Of a stretch of DNA of 64,000 nt, positions 56,778-64,000 are shown piece by piece. The stretch lies in the IMG/VR virus record IMGVR_UViG_3300029288_000057, positions 1 to 64,000 of that record; one strand, 5' to 3'. Position numbers and translations under genes: made by a program. Within the stretch, counting starts at the first letter, position 1. Each line of letters begins with the position of its first letter. The notes below the pieces were generated by a model that was given only the letters and a program-made list of their open reading frames with translations, was not told the origin of the DNA and ran no database searches. Origin of the DNA: a virus. Its lineage: Duplodnaviria; Caudoviricetes.

Positions 56778-57542
56778 TTATGCAGCTACGTTCATTCTTC
56801 TCCCGTCCCCAACTTTTCCCCTTTTATAACCCATGATTCCGTCCTTTCTCATTTTCATAATTGCATCCATTGCACGGCTATTTTTCGCCTGTGTTCCATG
56901 TAAAAGTAGAGCAAACTTTTTACATTTTCTGTCGTAGCAATGGCTGTCGTCGTGGTCGATTTCGATATTCTTTGCTTTTGCTTCTTCTTCGCTAAAAACC
57001 ACTTCTACATTCTTAAGGTTATGTTTTTCAATTAAGCTATCATTTTTTCCGCCCTTTGAAGCAATAAGGTGAAAGTTTTCAGGAATTTCATTTAACTTTG
57101 CAACCCAGAATTTCAGGCTCTTTGTATAAGCATAAAATGTTTTTTCAGGCATTGCTTTGGCAAAGATTAACCAAGCATTAAAATACTTTTGATTAAAAAA
57201 GTCTCCGCTTGAATGTATTCTTACTTTGGCGGCATTCTGCGCCTTTAAATTTGCATTAAAAGAAGCAGCAATCAATTCCGCAATTTCTTTTGATGTATCG
57301 CATTTTCTGATAAGATTATAATTTCTCCACCTTTTTACACGTGCTGCGGGGCTAATTAATTCACTTGTGGCTGCGAAGCAACGGAATTTTGCTTTGGGGT
57401 TAAAAATCATTTTCCCTGTTTTGGGGTTAACCTTATCGCCGCAATCTTTTGAGTAAGGACACGTAAATCCTGCTGGAAGGTCCACTATAACAACGTCATT
57501 CTTTAATTTTGCATTGCCGATACCTAACTGTAAATATTTCAT
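56778..57542 (-). CDS. GP88-like phage protein
   Basis: GNAKL..LPAGFTCP..C..CFA..VRIHSSGDFF..FYAYTKS, the pattern of the mycobacteriophage gp88-type family (recognised from memory). Confidence 0.7.
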   Translation of the reverse strand: MKYLQLGIGNAKLKNDVVIVDLPAGFTCPYSKDCGDKVNPKTGKMIFNPKAKFRCFAATSELISPAARVKRWRNYNLIRKCDTSKEIAELIAASFNANLKAQNAAKVRIHSSGDFFNQKYFNAWLIFAKAMPEKTFYAYTKSLKFWVAKLNEIPENFHLIASKGGKNDSLIEKHNLKNVEVVFSEEEAKAKNIEIDHDDSHCYDRKCKKFALLLHGTQAKNSRAMDAIMKMRKDGIMGYKRGKVGDGRRMNVAA

Positions 57543-57734
57543 GATAATATGTTTTTGGTTATAAAAATATAAAGAAACAAAAATAGAAAAGAGGGAAGAA
57601 TTGTCACCAAATTGTTAACAATTGCTAGGTCATTGCTTGAAAAAAAGTGTATACAAAAAACCCCCGCATCCATGCTTGGAGCGGGGGTCTCACCTTAAAA
57701 CAGCGGGGTCGTGGGTGCGAAGCACGGGCGCCCG

Positions 57735-57968
57735 CTAATAGTTAGTATACGTCTTTCTCGTTAACTTTATTGTGTCTCCGACGTTATAGAAGCGGCAACT
57801 GATTACAGCTTCTTTGCGTCCCGTTCTAACACCCGCTCTGTTTATTGGGGTCATAGTAACCACACAATTGTGTTCGACGCCATTGGGGGTCTTTGAGGTT
57901 ACCACAAATTGAGGGGCTGAGCAGGAACCGAGAAGTGCTATAATTAGTATTAAAAATAACTTTTTCAT
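57735..57968 (-). CDS. Putative small lipoprotein (start reassigned to 57968)
   Basis: MKKLFLILIIALLGSC lipobox; the track's longer N-terminus overlaps the upstream gene. Confidence 0.7.
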   Translation of the reverse strand: MKKLFLILIIALLGSCSAPQFVVTSKTPNGVEHNCVVTMTPINRAGVRTGRKEAVISCRFYNVGDTIKLTRKTYTNY

Positions 57969-60900
57969 TTTCTTAGTTTTCTTCTGATGTGTAATTGTCT
58001 CTGTCCTGAGTGTCTGTATAATTGTCTCTGTCCTGCCCGCTTGTCCCGTCTTCTTCAAACGCTCCTTTTTCCAAAATTTCCAAAATTTCAATCTGTAAGT
58101 GAATTGGCAGGTCGTCTAATAATATTTCACCCAAGTCATAATTAACGTCTGTAATGACTGTTAATTCTCCCGTATACTCATTATCTCTGATACCAACGAG
58201 GTTCTCATTGAGCCCATCTTCATGTTCGACATGAGTAATTGCATCAAACCTCAAATGTTTATTACCAATGATGTTTCTGACAAGCATTTCAATGTCAGCT
58301 TGCATCCTTGTAAGTTCTTGTTTTAAATTTTTGCTAACTAACATTGCCTTAATTTTTTTGGTTATACGAATTTATAAAGTAAATGTTTCGGAAAAGAGGG
58401 AGAGGTTCAATCTCACCCTATTTAATCGTATCGTCCTTTTAAAATCCCTGATTTCTTAACAATTTCCCTTTCTTCCATCGTCATCCCACGCTCCATAAAC
58501 GTGTTGAATGAACCATGAAACGATTTAAATTCGGTAATATTTTTGGCAACATACACACCTATTTTGCTCATGACACTTTCAGGTGTCCTACCAAAATAGC
58601 AATCAAACTGGAGAGTGCCGTCTGGGGGTACAAAACATTCGCCTAATGCTTTTGGATTCCAGTATCTTTTGAAATCTTCGTAGCTGTTGATTTTGTCTTT
58701 GGGGAACATGTGTTCAGGAAAAGTGCCTTTGCCCTGTATAAACCATTCATACTGTGCAATCGTATCAGCTTCGGAAGAAAAACGATATTTCTTAGGAACT
58801 TTTAAGATTTCCAAGCGTGCATTTTGCCTGTCAATGTTCGCTCTCGAACAATCATGTAATTTTATTTGAGTAAATCCGTCCATGATTTTTATTTTTAAGA
58901 TTATGATTATATAAAGTAAATTGTTTGGAAAAGAGAGAAAGGTGTGTTATTTAAACACACTGTAAAACTCTTCCAATCTTTTATTAAATACGTCCTTAAT
59001 TCTGTGCTGTAGTTTTCCATTTACCAGATAATGAAACCTTGCCTCCAAATATAAGTCCAATTTGTTTAAATCAACTTTGAATATTTTTCTTTGTGCTTCC
59101 AAATAATCCACAAATTCACTGCCGACCAAATACTTTTCTAATATATTTTTCAGGTGTATCAATGCTTCATCAAAGGTGGGGAGCGTTTTGCTTTCCATAA
59201 AAATCCACGTGCAAGTTTCTCTTTGATTGTCTTCGCCCCTATCGTAGCCCAAGAAAAATACTACATATAGGTTTTTATTTTCAGTCAGTGTTTTGTTTTT
59301 GAGGTATTGGTTAAACTGAAAGTGGCTCATTGGCAAAATCTCTTGTAAGTGCTTGATGATTTCAACATCACTGAATGGAACGATTTTCATTTTAAAAGGG
59401 TTTCCAAGTGCCAGTTTTTCGTAAAGAGTTTGGGGATTTGGTTCTATGTATTCTCCCAAACATCTTTTTTTAAACCTCCAAGCCTTTTCGTCTTTGACAA
59501 GGATTTCGCCTTTGTCGTCCAATAGTGCATAAACTGGGGCTTGCACTTTGTATCCCCAATAAGTATCAGTTGGCGGTCTTAATACATCACGCAACCAAAC
59601 AATACTAAACCCTTTGCCCTTAAATAAAACTTTTTGTGTTTCACCTTTGGAAAGAATTTCTTCGGAAGTCATTTTACCGTATTTCATATAGTTTGGAAAG
59701 TCTCTCCAGATACTATAAGCTGTAATTATACGTGAATTTGAACCATTTATTTGTAACGGATACTGCCAAATATCACCAACCTTTTTGGCATCTTCAATAT
59801 AAAGTTCGTCTTGAAATCTTACCGACATGAATCTATCATCAGACGGCAGCGACATTTCAATTTTCTTAAGCTGTGCTTTAATGTCTTTTTCTTTTGCAAA
59901 TGCTTTATCGACTTGACTTGCTAATATTTTCATGGCTGTTATTTTGGTTATAAAGAAAACTGTTTTGAAAAGAAGGATTATAATGTGCTTTTTAACACAA
60001 ATCTTTTTATATATTCTATACCAGTAACTTTGTCTTTTTTAACTTCAAATAAATAAAGACCAGTTTTTAAAACCTCCAAAAGAAGATTGTCGGGAACAGG
60101 AACACAAAAACCGCTGTTGTTCCCATAATACTTATTATATCTTTCTTGCGCTTCTTTTTTGGTAATGGGGCTTTTAAATTCAATTACCTCTGCTGGGTAA
60201 TGACTATATTTCACTTTAAAAAAATTATATTTTTTCATACCTTTATTTTTTGGTTACAAATACATAAAGACAATAAAATATAAAAGAGGGAAGTCCCCCC
60301 TTAGCCTGCCAGTTGCAAAACAAAAGTGTCAATCGCTTTTTCTGAAAGTTCTTTCATGGAGAAATATGTTCCGTGTTCGTTTTCCACCACCACGTCATCT
60401 TTAACGCCAACACGAACCAGTTTTACAACTTCTGAATTATCCAGTGTAATTGGCACTGATTCTCTCTTGCCAGAGGCAACAAATAATTTTTTTAGTTTTT
60501 TCATTTTGTCCATTTCTTTTTTTCTTAATTATATAAAGAGAATTGTTTTGAAAAGAGGGAGAGTTTTGTGTATCCAACAAAACAAATGGGATTCGGCCAA
60601 ATCCGAATCCCAATGTCATAACCAAAAAGCCGTTTGTGTTATGGCTGGGGACAGAACGGCGAACCCCAATATTTTTAAAAGCTGTCTTTTAAGTCATTTC
60701 CTTCAGCATCCAGGAGGGAATTATTTGTTGTCAAAATAATACTTAGAGAGAAATTCTTTACAAGCGCCTTCACTCTCCATTAATTCCTTTTGTGTTTCCT
60801 TGGACATCCAAAATCCCATTAAGGAAAAATAAACTCCGCTTCTTTTATCTACAAAGCAGGCACGATTTCCGTTGGGGGTTTCCAACGCTATATTTTCATT

Positions 60901-63687
60901 CATGCAAATACAAATATTATCCAACCACTCTTTCAGCGAGGCATATTCTTTTACATCTTTGTATTCAAACCCTTTTACAAAGTTGTCTTGTATGTGATTC
61001 ATACCAAAATATTTGTTAGCGTCTCTGCGATGAATTCTTTTCATGTCTCTGTTTTTTATATAAAGCGAATCTCCTGAAAAAGAGGGAGAGTTATCTATCC
61101 CACTTAATCACAAATTTCCAGTCTCCAGTAAATTTTTCTTTAAAGATTCTTTTGCCTGCTGCAATTAAATCTTTTGTTGTCAGGAATCCTGCAATGTAAT
61201 CACCTTCTTTGTAATATTCGTATCTATCAGGGTCAGCTTCCTTTTCTTCTTTTGGTAAAGGTCTGCGGACAACTATATTAAAACTCCTCGTTATTTCTGG
61301 CTGTCTGTTGCTTGATATTCTACTCGTTTTTTCCTTATTAACAAATTCCAAACCTTGAACATGTAATTTTCCATAAAAATGAATTGCACCAATGCTAATC
61401 CCCATCCATGAAGTTATTTCTAATACCACCGTTCTTTTCTTCTCATTATATGGTAAACTTGCAGAACGAATATCTCCATTTCCCACGTCCCACTTTGTTT
61501 TCAAACCTCTCTTGGAATCAAATATTGGAAGGTCTGCGTAATCCTTTTTATAAAGTTCGGGGTGGCTGCTGTCTAAATAATCCATCTGATTATGATTTTA
61601 TAGGTATATACTCGATTTCTGTCTTGGTTCTGTGGTCTGTTTTCAAAACAAAAACAAATTGTGAATATTGAAATATTGTTTCTTTATCGGTGAGAAAAGT
61701 GGTTGTTGGATTTTCAGGCAAATATAAAATTCCTCCATATACTTGCTCATTAAGAGAACATCTTAACTTTGAACCAACCACTGTTTCTTCTACATGCTCT
61801 ATTAAAGCCTGTATTTTTTCAGGAAGAGCGTCAAGCAATACTCTCATTCTTATATACTCTTCAATTGATTTTGCTGTAATTTTAATATTTTTGTTTGGCA
61901 TAAGAATTATTATTTAAATATATAAAGCAAATGTTTCAGAAAAGAAGGAAACTAATATATTTTATAAACTTTTAAATTTCTGTGGGTTTTCTTTAATACA
62001 CCCTTTTCTGTTCCGATAGTAAATGATGTGTCACCATTACTAATTTCTTCTTTACCCAATATTATACCATCTATTAAAGATGTGCTAAAGTGAAAAGTTA
62101 TTTTATCAGCCACTTTTAATTTTTTAATTTCAGCTAATGAAAAACCTCTTTCACCCAAACCATCTAAATATGTTTTCCCTTCTTTTTTCATACTGATTAA
62201 TTTTATTATATAAAGCAAATAAAAATGAAAAGAGGGAGACTTTAGAACTCCCCCCTATACTTAAGCATTAATTTGTTTAACGTTCTGCGAACCTTATAAT
62301 CTTCAAATTTTTCTCCTTCCATTCTTTCTGAGGGAGCGTTTAAGAAATAGTCTCTTTGTTCGGGGGTGAGGTTTAGTTTCCTTAACATCTGTAACTTGTT
62401 TGGAACATCACCATAATCGGAAAACTTCTCCACAATATGAATGTAGTCGGGAGTTTGCAACAATGTTGATGTGTTTTCAGAAATAAGTGTGCCAAGTTCT
62501 CCTGAAGTAACAGCAACGGTCTTGCCAAGCTTCTCTGCTGATTTCATTGCTTCTACAATGAGGGCGGCTTTGCCTGCATCGGCATGACCTGCAATTATAA
62601 CGGAGGGAGTTTCTTTAAAAATACTCCATTCAGCAGTTTCAGACTGTCGTACTGCCCAAAACTCATCGAATCTTGTTCCGTGTACAACTCCATCTTCTGT
62701 CTGAATTTTCCTGTCTTTATTTAGGAAAACATATTCTTTAACGTCGTAATATTCGTTGGTTACTTTGTGTCCGTCAAGCATTGCTTGATATGCTTCTTCT
62801 TTGTTCATTTTTATCAGTTTGGTATATAAAGAAAACTAAATGTGAAAGAGGGGTTCTTAATTTTCATCAGGGTCAATACCTGCTTGTTTCATTTTATGAC
62901 TCCACCATGGGTCATCTTCATCAGTAATAGGGTCAAGATGTGAATTCTTATATCCGCTTCCAAAAAATTTGTTATCCAAAACAGACTGCCCGCTAAGGAT
63001 AAGATTTTTTTCATCTCTCAGGTATTCTGCAATTCTGTTACGATATTGCTGATTTGTTTCGTTGGCTCGCTTCTTGTCTTGTTTATATTTCTCTGCGAAA
63101 TGGTCTGCTACAAAATTTTCATTCATGATGTTTTGTGTTTGGTTATAAATATATAAAACAAATATACGAAAAAGAAGAGAACTGTCCCCTCCTTTTATAC
63201 GATTATTTTCTTGTTTTGTTATTCCATACTGCCGAATAATACATGGACTGCTAATATTCCGTATTTTTCAGCAATTTCAATGTTGTTAATCATGTTTTTT
63301 ACGGCAACAGAATCACTTTTAACTTCATAAATACCACCACTCATGCTTGAGGCTTTATGTTCTAAATCTTCGGGTTTAACTCCAACCAATTTTGCCACAG
63401 CAACTTCTACATTTTCATCAGAGAAATTTTTAACTTCTGCTGCGCAAAGAGGCGAGGTAAGATTTTTAATGAATATAATGTTTTTCATTTTGTTTATGGG
63501 TTTTAAGTTTGACAATTATATAAAGAACTGAGATGAAAAAAGAGGGGAGAGTTGTCTGACATCTAAAAGCAGAAAACCCCAGAATTTCTCCCAGGGATTC
63601 CAGTCTGGTTTCCCTGTCTTTGTTAGGTTCTTAACACCTCAAAGCAATGGAGGGTTTCCATTAGCACCCAAAGACACCAGCAAGTCT

Positions 63688-64000
63688 TTATTTCTTTGTC
63701 AGAACTTTCTCCTGCAATTTCTTTACAGAGAAGTTTTGACTTCCGCCTTCGTGAATTAGAATTGTACGGTCTTTTAAATTCACAAGGTACACATACTCCA
63801 AATCACCGTGATGTTTAACATTTGTTGTAGGTTCATACGCTCCCACTTTCCATCCCATTCTGCTTTTTTTTCTCTCTTTTGCTGAGGGGTTAAAAATAGT
63901 TTCGGCAGGTAAATGGATTTCGCCCCACTTAAACCCTCCATCATCTTTATTGCCACATTCTTTGCATTTTTTATTACGTCTGTATTTCGTCGTGACTGCA
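63688..64000 (-). CDS. C-terminal part of a hypothetical phage protein
   Basis: Open frame from the window edge: ...CKECG...WKVGAYEPTTNVKHHGDLEYVYLVNLK...LTKK*. Confidence 0.7.
   Translation of the reverse strand, partial: AVTTKYRRNKKCKECGNKDDGGFKWGEIHLPAETIFNPSAKERKKSRMGWKVGAYEPTTNVKHHGDLEYVYLVNLKDRTILIHEGGSQNFSVKKLQEKVLTKK

Larger units (their letters stand above)
41408..63548 (-). promoter_or_regulatory. ~26 dispersed copies of class-1 promoter-like motif YTCCCTCTTTT-N~11-CTTTATATA (CCCTC-N15/16-CTTTATA)
   Basis: Approximate starts: 41408, 45085, 45559, 47838, 48546, 50166, 51148, 51408, 51926, 54238, 54939, 55541, 55922, 56719, 57567, 58372, 58908, 59948, 60261, 60530, 61057, 61919, 62207, 62823, 63149, 63517. 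Each lies shortly upstream of a minus-strand start codon. Confidence 0.88.
39520..64000 (-). other. Block of ~55 minus-strand short phage ORFs, from 41.4 kb on mostly 1-3 genes per class-1 promoter
   Basis: ORF track plus the recurring upstream motif. Confidence 0.85.

Noticed and set aside
1958-63531. Numerous opposite-strand ORFs in the track (e.g. 1958..2395, 25390..26004, 28742..29203, 48630..49016, 60326..60739)
   Set aside because: They overlap better-supported genes and have the Phe/Ser/Leu-rich composition of antisense frames of Lys/Glu-rich genes.
41408-63548. Class-1 repeats as a CRISPR array or MITE family
   Set aside because: Spacing is irregular (0.2-3.7 kb), the middle is degenerate, there are no terminal inverted repeats or cas genes, and copies are always positioned as promoters.
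63600-63685. Hammerhead ribozyme
   Set aside because: A three-way junction is present but the CUGANGA/GAAA core is not.
1224-64000. Stop-codon reassignment (TAG/TGA) as in some large Bacteroidota phages
   Set aside because: Coding density is already high in code 11, recognisable genes are uninterrupted, TAG and TGA serve as normal stops, and no suppressor tRNA is seen.

Overview
AT-rich, gene-dense segment of what is most likely a very large (jumbo/huge) phage genome with a Bacteroidota host. The host call rests on several TTTG-N~20-TAnnTTTG promoters. No structural or core replication genes are recognisable. The window holds well over 100 short, mostly hypothetical ORFs: mainly + strand from 1.2 to 38.9 kb (a short - strand block lies at 34.1-35.7 kb) and - strand from 39.5 to 64 kb, converging on a ~630-bp non-coding gap. 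Recognisable genes include an IS200/IS605 element (tnpA plus a tnpB cut by the window edge), ASCH, GNAT, an ABC/AAA ATPase, an HExxH peptidase, two HNH and one GIY-YIG endonuclease, a RadA/Sms-like ATPase, an ECF sigma factor, a ParB-like protein, an adenine methyltransferase, a GP88-like protein, three lipoproteins and three tRNAs (Met, Glu, Glu). The most interesting signals are non-coding. (1) A Glu-rich leader peptide (EESEE) with terminator/antiterminator sits directly before two tRNA-Glu genes, a candidate ribosome-mediated attenuator of phage tRNA supply. (2) attC-like hairpin sites with matching cassette ends delimit single small genes, a candidate integron-like cassette system in a phage. 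(3) Four spatially segregated promoter classes occur, including ~26 copies of CCCTC-N15/16-CTTTATA and ~14 copies of a SigW-like TGAAAC-N16-CGTATAA, next to a phage ECF sigma gene. (4) A cluster of promoter-terminator units appears to encode paralogous structured small RNAs. All calls come from reading the sequence by eye; no database searches or folding computations were run.
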